DNA of 64,000 nt. Origin: Escherichia phage vB_EcoS_HZ_ZJUN2. Location: the sequence record PP216084, one strand, 5' to 3'. Shown here piece after piece: positions 19,540 through 29,691 of the stretch. The translations under genes and the position numbers were made by a program. The notes beneath the pieces are model-generated. The model did no database searches, had not been told where the DNA came from, and was given only the letters and a program-made list of their open reading frames with translations. The stretch's first letter is position 1, and every line of letters begins with the position of its first letter.

Positions 19540-21366
19540 TTATTTAAGATTTAAGTGCTTTACTCTACCAAGTACTTCTTTTTGTTTCCCAGAATTGAAT
19601 GGTCTACTGCCAGGAGACCCAAGATACCCACAAACCCTACGTGTAACTTCTATATCTTCAGATCCACAACTAGGGCATACAAAACCACGTTCAGAGGCAA
19701 TAGACTCACCCATATATCCACAGTTAAAGCACTCATCAATAGGTATGTTAACACCAATATAGTGGCTGCATTCCAATCCCTTATCTACTACATATTCAAG
19801 AGCTTTAGGGAATTTTTTCATCTGCGGCAACTCTACAAAAGAAATATTACCACCATTAGCTATTTTAGTAAAATGAGCCTCGTACTCAAATTTAATATCT
19901 GGGGCTACTTTTTCCCTTACGTCTAAATGATGACTATTAGTAAGATACCCTTTATCAGTTAGCCAGGAGTATTCTGGGAATCTATGTTCTAGTAACTTAT
20001 TAAAGCGATTACATAGAGACTCACTAGGAGTAGCATACAGACTAAACCCAAGATTAGTCTCATTAGCCTTAATTTCACAACGATTTTTTAAGTGAGTAAG
20101 AACTTCTTCCGTAAATTCAATACAATCCCTATGAGTTTGTGGTAATCCAAACATTATTTGGCACATCTCATATACCCCAATATATCCGAGAGATACAGAA
20201 GATCTACCCTCAAAAATAGGCCAGACGTATTCCTCCGCACCCAAACGTACACCAAAACCTCCGTGCATATATAGAATAGGGGCTTGTTTAGCTTTTACTT
20301 TCTTCAGCCTACCCAAGAAAAAATCATGTGCTTCAAAAGCCTCATCTACATACTTATCCAGAATATCCCAGAAATCTTCAAAAACTCCATCCGCTTCTGC
20401 AGCAACCATAGGTAGATTAATAGATACTACACCAAGATTATTACGTCCTGCAACTTCGCCAGAAGGGATAGCGGATAAAAAACTACGACAACCCATAGGG
20501 GCTTTAAAATCGCCAGTAACAGCTACAACCTTCTCATAGCTTAAATAATCTGGATACATACGTGTAGCGGAACATTCAAGTGCTAGCTGTTTTATATCAT
20601 AGTTAGGATCCCCTGGATTTTTGTTTAATCCTTCTTTAACTGAGAATACTAATTTGGGGAAGATAGGGGTTGACTCAGCAGCTCCCAAACCTTTAATACG
20701 ATTTTGAAGAATGGCTTTTTGAATCATTCTTTCCTCCCACTCTTGTCCCAGACCAAAGCCCAGAGTAACAAAGGGAGTCTGCCCATTAGAGTTAAATAAC
20801 GAATTGGTTTCATACTCTAGAGCCTGGAATGCATCATAACATTCTTTTTCAGTAAGTTCAGTAGCATATACAGCAGCTTTTCTTTCATCCTTAAGCCAAC
20901 GTAGGCCACGCCCCAGATGTTTATTGTAGGACTTCCTAACATACGGAGCTAGAACTTCATCAATACGATCAATGGAAGTACCACCATACTGAGCACCTGA
21001 TACTTGAGCAATAATCTGAGCAGTAATCGCACATGCAGTAGTTATGGATTTAGGAGTTTCAATATTCGCATTACCAATTTTAGTGCCATTTTTCAACATA
21101 CCGCCTAGGTCTACTAAACAACAGTTAGTGTACCCCTGCGCCCTATAATCCATATCATGGATATGTATTTTACCTAGATTATGGGCGTCTAATAAATGTT
21201 TAGGTAATTCTTGTGATACTAAATACTTGTTGATTTCTCCAGCTAGTAAGTCCCTCTGCGTATGAAACATCTCGCTAGGTTTATTAGCATTATTATGCTG
21301 CAAGTCTTTGTCAGCAGTTAGAGTAAGTAAACCTTTGCAATTTTCAATTAGTTCATTTTCTGTCAT
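19540..21366 (-). CDS. nrdD: anaerobic ribonucleoside-triphosphate reductase (class III, NrdD)
   Basis: 608 aa; C-terminal glycyl-radical motif RRVCGYLGS with upstream Cys-rich CFNCGY...CPSCG zinc site. Confidence 0.9.
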   Translation of the reverse strand: MTENELIENCKGLLTLTADKDLQHNNANKPSEMFHTQRDLLAGEINKYLVSQELPKHLLDAHNLGKIHIHDMDYRAQGYTNCCLVDLGGMLKNGTKIGNANIETPKSITTACAITAQIIAQVSGAQYGGTSIDRIDEVLAPYVRKSYNKHLGRGLRWLKDERKAAVYATELTEKECYDAFQALEYETNSLFNSNGQTPFVTLGFGLGQEWEERMIQKAILQNRIKGLGAAESTPIFPKLVFSVKEGLNKNPGDPNYDIKQLALECSATRMYPDYLSYEKVVAVTGDFKAPMGCRSFLSAIPSGEVAGRNNLGVVSINLPMVAAEADGVFEDFWDILDKYVDEAFEAHDFFLGRLKKVKAKQAPILYMHGGFGVRLGAEEYVWPIFEGRSSVSLGYIGVYEMCQIMFGLPQTHRDCIEFTEEVLTHLKNRCEIKANETNLGFSLYATPSESLCNRFNKLLEHRFPEYSWLTDKGYLTNSHHLDVREKVAPDIKFEYEAHFTKIANGGNISFVELPQMKKFPKALEYVVDKGLECSHYIGVNIPIDECFNCGYMGESIASERGFVCPSCGSEDIEVTRRVCGYLGSPGSRPFNSGKQKEVLGRVKHLNLK

Positions 21367-22258
21367 TGATTATTTCCTCGATAAATTTTATAGCTACTTC
21401 TGGCTCAATATTGAAGAATTCCGTAGCACCATCAAAATCTTTGTATTGGCAATTCTGTTCTTTAAAGTAATTATGGGCTAATTTTTCGATTTGAACTGCA
21501 TCACTATATTCTCCAATTTCAAATACTTTAATTACTTCCAGATCAGTAAGGTGACTACTAGATTTAATATGTAAAAGTCTACGCTCTGGATTGTTAGACC
21601 TACCTATTTTAACACCATGTGAAGGGCTATGCATAATATATACCTTAGTATTTTCTAAATCCCTATATTTACAGTAAGGACAACCATTTCCTCCTAACAC
21701 GGATCCTGGAGTAGCTTCCCACTGGTGCCCTGCACCACAGAGAAAGGTGGTCTTAGTATTTGCATTACTATATTCACCTACTATTCTAATATTCCTAGCA
21801 GTAAGACGATCGTTTATATTATTAATACTAAGTTTTTGTTTACTAATAGCACAAGATGGGCAGCCACTACCTCTATTGATTATACTATTAAGTGTAGTAG
21901 ACCACTCATGACCACAAACACACCTAAATTTAGTATTTATATCGGCACTATTTTTATAGCCCTCCAACAATGTAATACCACGGCCCTGTAATACAGTATT
22001 AATTTTATCAATATCTAGTTTACGGCTATTAATAGAACAAGTAGGACAATTGGTCTTTCCATTCCTAATAGCATCAAATTTAGATGTCCATTGATGACCA
22101 TATTCACACTGATACGTATGCCTATACCTAGAATTTTGATAAGGCTTATCCACCATAGTAAAACCACGTTCGGCTAGGCATTTATCCACTTCTTCTTGAG
22201 TTAATTTTTTCGGCATTCCTCTTCTCCACAGAATTTTTACACCTATTATACTAAACAT
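21353..22258 (-). CDS. zinc-finger repeat protein with C-terminal T5orf172-type (GIY-YIG-like) domain
   Basis: Three CPxC zinc-finger modules then IMHSPSHGVKIGRSNNPERRLLHIK; paralog of 10211-10876. Confidence 0.6.
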   Translation of the reverse strand: MFSIIGVKILWRRGMPKKLTQEEVDKCLAERGFTMVDKPYQNSRYRHTYQCEYGHQWTSKFDAIRNGKTNCPTCSINSRKLDIDKINTVLQGRGITLLEGYKNSADINTKFRCVCGHEWSTTLNSIINRGSGCPSCAISKQKLSINNINDRLTARNIRIVGEYSNANTKTTFLCGAGHQWEATPGSVLGGNGCPYCKYRDLENTKVYIMHSPSHGVKIGRSNNPERRLLHIKSSSHLTDLEVIKVFEIGEYSDAVQIEKLAHNYFKEQNCQYKDFDGATEFFNIEPEVAIKFIEEIINDRK

Positions 22259-22410
22259 TATCCACTATGTCAATTAAAATTTTCTTTCGTCATCTAATAC
22301 TGTAATATTTCGCGTATAAATAAATGATTATCTAGTATCATACTTCTACCTTTATAAGCAAGCAAATTTTTTATTTAAATGCAATATCATAGGCTTATTT
22401 AAAATTGTAG

Positions 22411-22439
22411 TTGCTTTTTACTGCATATACTGGTATAAT
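22411..22439 (+). promoter_or_regulatory. sigma70-type early promoter (plus strand) for phoH; start of rightward transcription
   Basis: -35 TTGCTT / 17 bp / -10 TATAAT. Confidence 0.6.
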
Positions 22440-22506
22440 ATATTTGTAAGTTGATAAACAAGATCTCTTTGTTGATCCTCTGTTAGAAGCGAAGTACACT
22501 ATAGGA

Positions 22507-23268
22507 GTGTTATTTATGGGAAAAGCACGTCAAAAAAGAGAGAACCGCAATGGTTCAAGAAAGCGTGGCAACAAATATGAGAATAACGTAATTCAGGCTG
22601 ATTTTTCTAATGATTACGCTAACCCAGTTGCTAAATCCCTAGTAGGTAAAAACCGCGAGCAAAAATCATATATCAATATGATCAAGAACAACACAGTGAC
22701 TGTGGGTATCGGTGAGCCAGGTACAGGTAAAACCTTTATCCCGTCTGTTCTTGCAGCTCAGGAACTCGTAGACATTCACTCAGATATTGAGCAAGTGATC
22801 CTCGTACGTCCTAATGAACCTCTAGGTAAGTCTCTTGGTATGCTTCCTGGTGATCTAGCAGAAAAGCTAGAGCCTTGGTTGGAGCCAATAGCTGATGGTA
22901 TGAAATGGGCCATCGGTGATCATGCCTATAAGGGATACGTCGAACGTCAGAAAATTAAATTTTTGGCTATAGAACATGCTCGTGGCAGAACTTTCAACAA
23001 CTCCTATGTAATTGTCGATGAAGCTCAGAATATTTCCGTTGAGGCAATGGTTTGTCTCCTAACTCGTGTAGGACAAGACTGCCGCTTAATTATCTGCGGG
23101 GATATAGCTCAGAAAGACATTAAAGGTGACTCAGGTCTAGCACTTCTTATGGAAGTTTATGAGAAATATGAAAATGCTCCATTCTCAATGATTGAATTGA
23201 TTGATAACGTTCGTTCTGTTGAGTCTAAAGCATTCTATGATATTTTTAAAGACATGGGGAAGGTGTAA
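22507..23268 (+). CDS. phoH: PhoH-like ATPase
   Basis: Walker A GEPGTGKTF, Walker B-like YVIVDEAQN, PhoH-like length. Confidence 0.85.
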   Translation: MLFMGKARQKRENRNGSRKRGNKYENNVIQADFSNDYANPVAKSLVGKNREQKSYINMIKNNTVTVGIGEPGTGKTFIPSVLAAQELVDIHSDIEQVILVRPNEPLGKSLGMLPGDLAEKLEPWLEPIADGMKWAIGDHAYKGYVERQKIKFLAIEHARGRTFNNSYVIVDEAQNISVEAMVCLLTRVGQDCRLIICGDIAQKDIKGDSGLALLMEVYEKYENAPFSMIELIDNVRSVESKAFYDIFKDMGKV

Positions 23269-23269
23269 T

Positions 23270-23467
23270 ATGGGAGACGTTGTACATCTACACCGAAAAA
23301 CTAAAATACATCGTACTTCACTGAGTGCTGCTAATATGATTACACGTAAGGAAGGGGAAGAAAGTCCTAAGACTACCCTAGCGTGGAAAATTGTAACCTC
23401 AAATCCAAATCGGCCCTTCAGCTATAATGAACTAAGTACCTCGATAGATATTCTGCTGAGAACTTAA
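23270..23467 (+). CDS. small hypothetical protein (about 66 aa)
   Basis: ATG at 23270 directly after phoH stop; track ORF 23201-23467 trimmed to this start. Confidence 0.4.
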   Translation: MGDVVHLHRKTKIHRTSLSAANMITRKEGEESPKTTLAWKIVTSNPNRPFSYNELSTSIDILLRT

Positions 23468-23611
23468 GTGGCCAAAAACTAGACTGACAACACAGAAGGC
23501 CTGGGTATGAAAATACTCGGGCCTTTTCTATCAGAAAATTTTATTTGCCAAATGACCGAGAATAAAGTAAACTATTTCCTAAATCCTGATAACTATAAAA
23601 AGGAAAACCAA

Positions 23612-25942
23612 ATGAGCCATCGCATTGAAAAAGTAATTAAACGTGACGGTACTGTAGAAGACTTTGCTCCTGAAAAACTCAATGGTTGGGCAGAGTATGG
23701 TTGTAAAACAGTTGATGTAAGTTGGTCAGCCATTACTATGGCTGCCCAAAAAACTCTGCCTAAAGGGGTTGTAGATTCCGACACTCTGATGGATGCTTTA
23801 ATTAAGGCCGCTGAAAGTCTTATCAAAGATAATCCAGCATACGACGTGCCAGCAAAGGAATTACGTCTTGCACAGATGCGTAAACGCCTTTATGATTCCT
23901 TTGAACCACCTTCTCTACGCTTCTTCCATGATCATATGGTTAGTGTAGGTGCATGGGAAGACATGAGTGCATGGATTACCGATGAGCAGTTTGAGGCTTT
24001 GAATCAGGTTATTGACCATGATCGTGACCGTCTTTTCACTAGTGGAGGACTGAAACAATTCTTTGATAAGTATTCTCGCCGTAATATAGCAACTGGCGAA
24101 ATTTACGAAACCCCGCAGTTTGCCTACATGGGTATGGCAATGGCGATGTTATCTCAACCTAACTGGACAATTCTAGATGCAATCGACCTCTACAATGCAA
24201 TGTCACTCCACAAAATCAACGTTCCTACGCCGCCATTGGTTGGCTTGCGCTCTAGTGATCGTGGATTTGCTAGTTGTTGCCTCGTTGATTCCACTGACAC
24301 ATTGGATTCAATCGACACAGCCGAGCACATCGTTTTTAAAATGGTCGCAGCCAGAGCGGGAATCGGGTATCATCTTGAAAGCCGATCAATTGCTGATCCG
24401 GTGCGAAATGGGGCATTCCCGCATTCCGGAAAACTGCCATATTATCGACACATTGACCGCTCAGTAAAGGCCAACACTCAGCAAACTCGTGGTGGTTCTG
24501 CTACAGTGTCTTATCCATACTTTGATCCTGAAATCATCCAGTTGATGCAGGTTAAGCAACAACGTGCTACAGACGAGAATAAAATCGATAAGATGGATTA
24601 TTCTCTGAGCTTTAACAATCTTTTGTTAAAACGTTATCTTAAAAATGAAGATATTACGCTAATGTCATATTTCTATGCTCCAGAAGTTCATGAAGCGTTT
24701 TATAGTGATGACGAGGCTAAATTTGAAGAAATCTATGTGGCAGCGGAGAAACGTGTGGCATCTCTTACAAAGATCGACCACGAAGGAAAAACAGTTCCAG
24801 CAGCTCCTAAAGTCTCTGCAAAAGAAATCCTAGATACTTGGCTGCGTATCCGAATGGAAACAGGACGTATGTATGCCCACCACATTGGGGAATCTAATCG
24901 TCACGGTAACTTCCTTGATCCGATCCGTATGACAAACCTTTGTGTTGAAATTACCCAGCCTACACACCCGTTCCATCACATTACAGAGCTGTATAAGACA
25001 AAAGAGCAGCTTGACCAAATGAAGCCGGAGGATATTGGGGAAGTATCTCTATGTAACTTAGGTGGTGTTGTACTAGGACGCATGGAATCTCTGGCTGAGT
25101 GGGAAAAGACTTGCTATATTCTTCTGAAATTCGTTGATACCATCATTGAAATTCAGGATTATCCGTTCCCAACTATGGAATATACGGCTAAGAAACGTCG
25201 TAATGTTGGTATTGGCCTGATGAACGCAGCAGGTGCAATGGCGGCAGAAGGTCTGGCTTATGAAGGTATTGAAGCCCGTAACTGGATTCACCGTGAGGCT
25301 GAAAAACTGTCTTACTTCCTGCATAAAGCCTCTGTACGCCTAGCTAAAGAACAGGGTGCATGTGAGTGGTTTGATCGTACTAAACCATCTAAAGGAATTC
25401 TGGTAATCGACACGTACAAGAAAACTGTTGATGAACTGGTATCCGTAGGTCTAGAAATGGATTGGGAGTCTCTGCGCGCAGATATTCTGAAATATGGTAT
25501 GCGTAACTCTGTTCTGACTGCTCAGATGCCAGGAGAAAGTTCTTCTGTTCTGTTAGGTGTTACTAACTCTATTGAACCGCCTCGTAAGATTGTATCTATC
25601 AAGGGTAGTGCAGTAAATAAAGTAATTGCAATTGCTCCGGGTGCAACCGATTGGGAAACGTTAATGAGCTATAAACTAGCTTATGATGTAGATCGTATCG
25701 AGTGGATCAAGTGGGTAGCAACTATGCAGAAATTCTTCAGTCAGTCTATCAGTACGAATATGTACTATGACTACACCAAGTTTGAGAATGAAATCATTCC
25801 TGGCCCAGTAGTAGTTCGTGATTTCATGACTGCTGTTAAGTATGGGTGGAAAACTTGGTATTATGCTAACTTCAATACCGCAAATGGTGGAGGTGCTGGA
25901 GAAGAAGCAGCCGGTTGTGCATCCGGTGGTTGTACTATTTAA
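23612..25942 (+). CDS. nrdA: ribonucleotide reductase large subunit (class Ia NrdA)
   Basis: Start moved to in-frame ATG at 23612 with RBS AAAAGGAAAACC; ATP-cone N-terminus, active-site NLCVEI, C-terminal CxxC tail. Confidence 0.9.
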   Translation: MSHRIEKVIKRDGTVEDFAPEKLNGWAEYGCKTVDVSWSAITMAAQKTLPKGVVDSDTLMDALIKAAESLIKDNPAYDVPAKELRLAQMRKRLYDSFEPPSLRFFHDHMVSVGAWEDMSAWITDEQFEALNQVIDHDRDRLFTSGGLKQFFDKYSRRNIATGEIYETPQFAYMGMAMAMLSQPNWTILDAIDLYNAMSLHKINVPTPPLVGLRSSDRGFASCCLVDSTDTLDSIDTAEHIVFKMVAARAGIGYHLESRSIADPVRNGAFPHSGKLPYYRHIDRSVKANTQQTRGGSATVSYPYFDPEIIQLMQVKQQRATDENKIDKMDYSLSFNNLLLKRYLKNEDITLMSYFYAPEVHEAFYSDDEAKFEEIYVAAEKRVASLTKIDHEGKTVPAAPKVSAKEILDTWLRIRMETGRMYAHHIGESNRHGNFLDPIRMTNLCVEITQPTHPFHHITELYKTKEQLDQMKPEDIGEVSLCNLGGVVLGRMESLAEWEKTCYILLKFVDTIIEIQDYPFPTMEYTAKKRRNVGIGLMNAAGAMAAEGLAYEGIEARNWIHREAEKLSYFLHKASVRLAKEQGACEWFDRTKPSKGILVIDTYKKTVDELVSVGLEMDWESLRADILKYGMRNSVLTAQMPGESSSVLLGVTNSIEPPRKIVSIKGSAVNKVIAIAPGATDWETLMSYKLAYDVDRIEWIKWVATMQKFFSQSISTNMYYDYTKFENEIIPGPVVVRDFMTAVKYGWKTWYYANFNTANGGGAGEEAAGCASGGCTI

Positions 25943-25952
25943 TAAAAACAAG

Positions 25953-25978
25953 GAGATCTTCGGGTCTCCTTTTTCTTT
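25953..25978 (+). terminator. rho-independent terminator after nrdA
   Basis: GGAGATCTTCGGGTCTCC hairpin + TTTTTCTTT. Confidence 0.6.
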
Positions 25979-25988
25979 GAAATTTTAC

Positions 25989-26017
25989 TTGCTAATCGCT
26001 ACCAGATTTGCTATAAT
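25989..26017 (+). promoter_or_regulatory. sigma70-type early promoter
   Basis: -35 TTGCTA / 17 bp / -10 TATAAT. Confidence 0.55.
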
Positions 26018-26041
26018 ATCTCTATATTAAGGAGATATACT

Positions 26042-26560
26042 GTGAAACCTAAACTAACAAAAGAATTTCTAGAGAAATATCTAGAACTTAGAGAAGATAC
26101 TCTCTATTGGAAGCCAAGAGAGACTAATAAAGGTGGATTTAACACTAGATTTGCGGGAAAACCTGTAGGGGCCGTCAATGGAAATGGCTACCTATGCTTC
26201 CGACTTAATGTGGAAGGTTATAGATGGGAATTAAGAAATCATGTAGTAATCTACTGTCTCTATTATGGGTATTACCCAACTAAGACAGTAGACCACAAAG
26301 ATACAAATAAACTTAATAACCATCCTTTAAATCTACGAGAATCAACCGATGCTGGTAATGCTCAAAATAGGGGAGCCGGTAAGAATAATACCCATGGACA
26401 TAAAAACCTAGAGCCTCTTAGTTCAGGAAACTGGAGGGTTAGGATAACACACAACGGTACTGTTTACAGATCTTCCGCAATGCCTCTAGAAAAAGCTCTA
26501 GAACATAGAGATATTAAACTTAAAGAATTTCATGGCGAATATGCTAACAATGGAGAATAA
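26042..26560 (+). CDS. HNH homing endonuclease (between nrdA and nrdB)
   Basis: GTG start with RBS AAGGAGA; HNH-type motif VDHKDTNKLNNHPLNLRESTDAGNAQN. Confidence 0.7.
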   Translation: MKPKLTKEFLEKYLELREDTLYWKPRETNKGGFNTRFAGKPVGAVNGNGYLCFRLNVEGYRWELRNHVVIYCLYYGYYPTKTVDHKDTNKLNNHPLNLRESTDAGNAQNRGAGKNNTHGHKNLEPLSSGNWRVRITHNGTVYRSSAMPLEKALEHRDIKLKEFHGEYANNGE

Positions 26561-26563
26561 TTA

Positions 26564-27709
26564 ATGACTACTTTACTAAACCTGAACTGGGATCCTGCTA
26601 CTAAAGATTTATTTTTAGGTGATTCTCTAGGAATCGCGGACTATGTTCGTGTAGCTCATCCAGAACTAGAACGACTAGCTCTATTAGCTCGTTCTCAGTT
26701 TTGGACTGAGACTGAGATCAGTCTAGAAAGTGACAAAAAGCAATGGCCTAATCTTCCAAGAGAAATACAAGAAATTACTCTGCTGAACTTAGCTTGGCAG
26801 ACTCAGTGTGATTCCTTTATCAGTCGTGCTCCTGAAGCAGCTATTATGCCGCTTGTAAGTCGTCCAGAATTGGAAGGTATGCTCAAACAGTGGAGCTACT
26901 TCGAAGATCTGCATAGTCGTGCTTATAGCAATATTATTCGTAATGTGCTAACTGATCCAGCAGAATTTATTGATTCTGTAACCAAAAACCAAGAAGCATT
27001 CGCACGCATCGCTGATTCTGTTGAACTATTCGATGAACTGTACCAGTTAGGTCAGTATTTCATCGCAGTACGCGATCATCGTGGCGACAATACATATCCA
27101 GAAACTGAGTTCCCTGAAGTTAAACGTGAAACTCAGGCTAAACTATTAGACGCTTACTTTGCGATCTATGGTCTGGAAGCAATGCAGTTTTACGCATCCT
27201 TTGCATGTACCTTTGCATTAGCAGAGAACGATATTCTGCAAGGTATTGCTAAAAACCTACAATTAATCGCTAAAGATGAAGCTCTACACACTCAGATGTC
27301 TAAAGCAATCATCCAGATTATGTTCCAGCAGTTTGACAAAGACCTGGTAGATGAAGCATTGGCTAAAGCACCAGCACAGCTTCTGAAAACTCTGAAAACT
27401 GAAATTGAATGGGGTCACTTCATTTTCAAAGGTCGTAGTCTGATTGGCTTGAATGCAGAACTTCTAGAAGAATATCTGTACTTTGTGGGGCGTAATGCAT
27501 TTATGCACATCGGTGTAGAATGGCCTAGTCATTTACCAGTAATCACTAAGAACCCCATTCCGTGGATCATGAACTGGTTGGATACTACTTCTCTACAGCC
27601 TGCTCCGCAAGAAATCCAGATTGGTGCAGCCTACCGTGTAGGTCAGGTCACAGAAACGTCTACTGATACTCTGAAAGATCTGGGCAATGAATTTGGAGAT
27701 TTCCTATGA
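26564..27709 (+). CDS. nrdB: ribonucleotide reductase small subunit (NrdB)
   Basis: Ferritin-like di-iron protein (EDLHSRAYS, KDEALHTQ), 381 aa. Confidence 0.9.
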   Translation: MTTLLNLNWDPATKDLFLGDSLGIADYVRVAHPELERLALLARSQFWTETEISLESDKKQWPNLPREIQEITLLNLAWQTQCDSFISRAPEAAIMPLVSRPELEGMLKQWSYFEDLHSRAYSNIIRNVLTDPAEFIDSVTKNQEAFARIADSVELFDELYQLGQYFIAVRDHRGDNTYPETEFPEVKRETQAKLLDAYFAIYGLEAMQFYASFACTFALAENDILQGIAKNLQLIAKDEALHTQMSKAIIQIMFQQFDKDLVDEALAKAPAQLLKTLKTEIEWGHFIFKGRSLIGLNAELLEEYLYFVGRNAFMHIGVEWPSHLPVITKNPIPWIMNWLDTTSLQPAPQEIQIGAAYRVGQVTETSTDTLKDLGNEFGDFL

Positions 27710-28236
27710 TTACAGCAATGTATGCAGTTGGGCCGAATGGAGAGTTCGGCCTCCGAGGTAAACTTCCCTGGGGTTCCTTCAAAGAAGAGTTAGATGCTTT
27801 CTATTCTCAACTGGACGTGTTGAATCCAGATAACATCATCATTGGTGCGGGTACTTATTTAGCACTTCCAGAAGTTGTTAGGCAACGTATGATTGGAGAG
27901 GCTGATCTATTTATTCGTGCTGACCGACCTCTGGCTGATAGCATCAAAGAAACTTACACTGCCATATCAAGGATAGGTGATACACTACCTACTTTCCTAA
28001 AAGATCAGCAAACAGTAGTTCTAGGCGGAGCTAATCTTCTCCTAGAAATGTATCAGCATGGGCATATAGAAAGTGCTTTTGTATCTACAATCTTTAGTGA
28101 GCAGAAGCTAGAGGCAGATACATACCTAGATAGTATGATACTGGATTATAACTATGAATCCACTCGATTAGTCTATGCAGTTGGCGCAAACAGTGATAAC
28201 AGCCTGCGATTTGTACAGGAATTGGTTACTTATTAA
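27706..28236 (+). CDS. dihydrofolate reductase
   Basis: DHFR-like N-terminus MITAMYAVGPNGEFGLRGKLPW; position between nrdB and thyA. Confidence 0.75.
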   Translation: MITAMYAVGPNGEFGLRGKLPWGSFKEELDAFYSQLDVLNPDNIIIGAGTYLALPEVVRQRMIGEADLFIRADRPLADSIKETYTAISRIGDTLPTFLKDQQTVVLGGANLLLEMYQHGHIESAFVSTIFSEQKLEADTYLDSMILDYNYESTRLVYAVGANSDNSLRFVQELVTY

Positions 28237-29075
28237 TGCAACAATATTTAAAAATTTTGACAGATGTAATTTTACTAGGTGAACCCCGTAATGACCGTAC
28301 AGGAACAGGCACAGTTTCAATTTTTAATTCCTATGCTAAGTTCGATCTACGTGAGGGATTCCCTGCCGTAACCACTAAACGTCTAGCTTGGAAATCGGTA
28401 GTTGGAGAACTCTTATGGTTCTTGTCTGGTTCCACAAATCTCCATGATCTACGTGTATTCACATTTGGGCGTGACGAAGGACAGTGGACTATCTGGACCC
28501 CAAATTATGAAGACCAAGCTATAAGCATGGGTTATGACAATGGTAATCTAGGACCAGTATATGGTAAACAGTGGCGCAACTTTGGCGGACGAGATCAGAT
28601 TCTAGAGCTTATTGAAGGACTCAAGAATAATCCTCATGGCCGCAGACATCTAGTTTCTGCATGGAACGTAGCTGAACTTGATAAAATGGCATTACCACCC
28701 TGTCACTACGGCTTCCAGTGTTATGTAAGTAACGATGGATACCTAGATCTTAAATGGACACAACGCTCTGTGGATTGTTTCCTCGGTTTACCTTTCAATA
28801 TTGCTAGTTATGCTTTATTAACGCATATATTAGCAAAACTGACAGGATTAAAACCTCGTTATCTTATCTTTAGTGGCGGTGATACTCATATCTATAATGA
28901 CCACATGGAGCAGGTAGAAGAACAGGTAAAACGCAAGCCACGCCCTCTGCCAACTCTAGTAATGCCAGAGTTTGTAGATCTTTACGATTTATTAGAAAAT
29001 AATACGGCAGCTTGGTCCTTCCAGCTTGAAGGATATGATCCGCATCCGGCTCTTAAAGCTAAAATGTCCTCTTAA
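28236..29075 (+). CDS. thyA: thymidylate synthase
   Basis: Active-site LPPCHYGFQCYV and SGGDTHIYNDH motifs. Confidence 0.9.
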   Translation: MQQYLKILTDVILLGEPRNDRTGTGTVSIFNSYAKFDLREGFPAVTTKRLAWKSVVGELLWFLSGSTNLHDLRVFTFGRDEGQWTIWTPNYEDQAISMGYDNGNLGPVYGKQWRNFGGRDQILELIEGLKNNPHGRRHLVSAWNVAELDKMALPPCHYGFQCYVSNDGYLDLKWTQRSVDCFLGLPFNIASYALLTHILAKLTGLKPRYLIFSGGDTHIYNDHMEQVEEQVKRKPRPLPTLVMPEFVDLYDLLENNTAAWSFQLEGYDPHPALKAKMSS

Positions 29076-29082
29076 CTTAAAT

Positions 29083-29100
29083 AGCCCTTCGGGGCTATTA
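29083..29100 (+). terminator. rho-independent terminator after thyA
   Basis: TAGCCCTTCGGGGCTA hairpin + T-rich tail. Confidence 0.55.
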
Positions 29101-29114
29101 TATTTAAATTTCAT

Positions 29115-29143
29115 TTGCTTACTGAGTGAAATTTAGATATAAT
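29115..29143 (+). promoter_or_regulatory. sigma70-type early promoter
   Basis: -35 TTGCTT / 17 bp / -10 TATAAT. Confidence 0.55.
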
Positions 29144-29167
29144 ATATTTTATAAATCGGAGACAACT

Positions 29168-29422
29168 ATGGGACTCTTTAAAAAGAAAGTTTATTTAACA
29201 CAAAGTCAAGAACGTAGGTTCTTAGCTCTGTCTCAGTATTATCACTTACCTTTCGATCATTTCGTAGAACGGGCGTTAGAACAATTCCTAGAAAAGGAAT
29301 TAAAGGCAATTAGACCTGAACCGCCAAGAGTACCAAATGATGCACAGAGAGGTCATCCATGTATTCCTCCTATGCCGCCAATTCCTCCAGCGACTAGGGT
29401 AATTATAGAAGGCGAAAACTAA
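29168..29422 (+). CDS. hypothetical protein (about 84 aa), Pro-rich C-terminus
   Basis: Track ORF 29126-29422 trimmed to the first ATG downstream of the promoter (MGLFKK...). Confidence 0.5.
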   Translation: MGLFKKKVYLTQSQERRFLALSQYYHLPFDHFVERALEQFLEKELKAIRPEPPRVPNDAQRGHPCIPPMPPIPPATRVIIEGEN

Positions 29423-29691
29423 TGTCTATTCTTTTATCTGCTTTAGAAGCAAAACAAAATACTATTGCTGTTATTAGACAGGAAGTAATTAATCTAGAGT
29501 CACTTATTGCCGCAGAGATTGATAAAGCAATCAAAGAAAAAGAATTTAACTGCCATATTCAGGGATTAACTGAATATTCAGAAAACGCCAGAAACAGCGT
29601 TATGCAACGACTCACTAAACTAGGCTATGTCGTAGAAGCTAAGTATGAGCAGCGTGAAGGCTATTGGGTAACTATTGATTGGAGCAAATAA
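29422..29691 (+). CDS. hypothetical protein (89 aa)
   Basis: ORF track; coupled to neighbours. Confidence 0.5.
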   Translation: MSILLSALEAKQNTIAVIRQEVINLESLIAAEIDKAIKEKEFNCHIQGLTEYSENARNSVMQRLTKLGYVVEAKYEQREGYWVTIDWSK

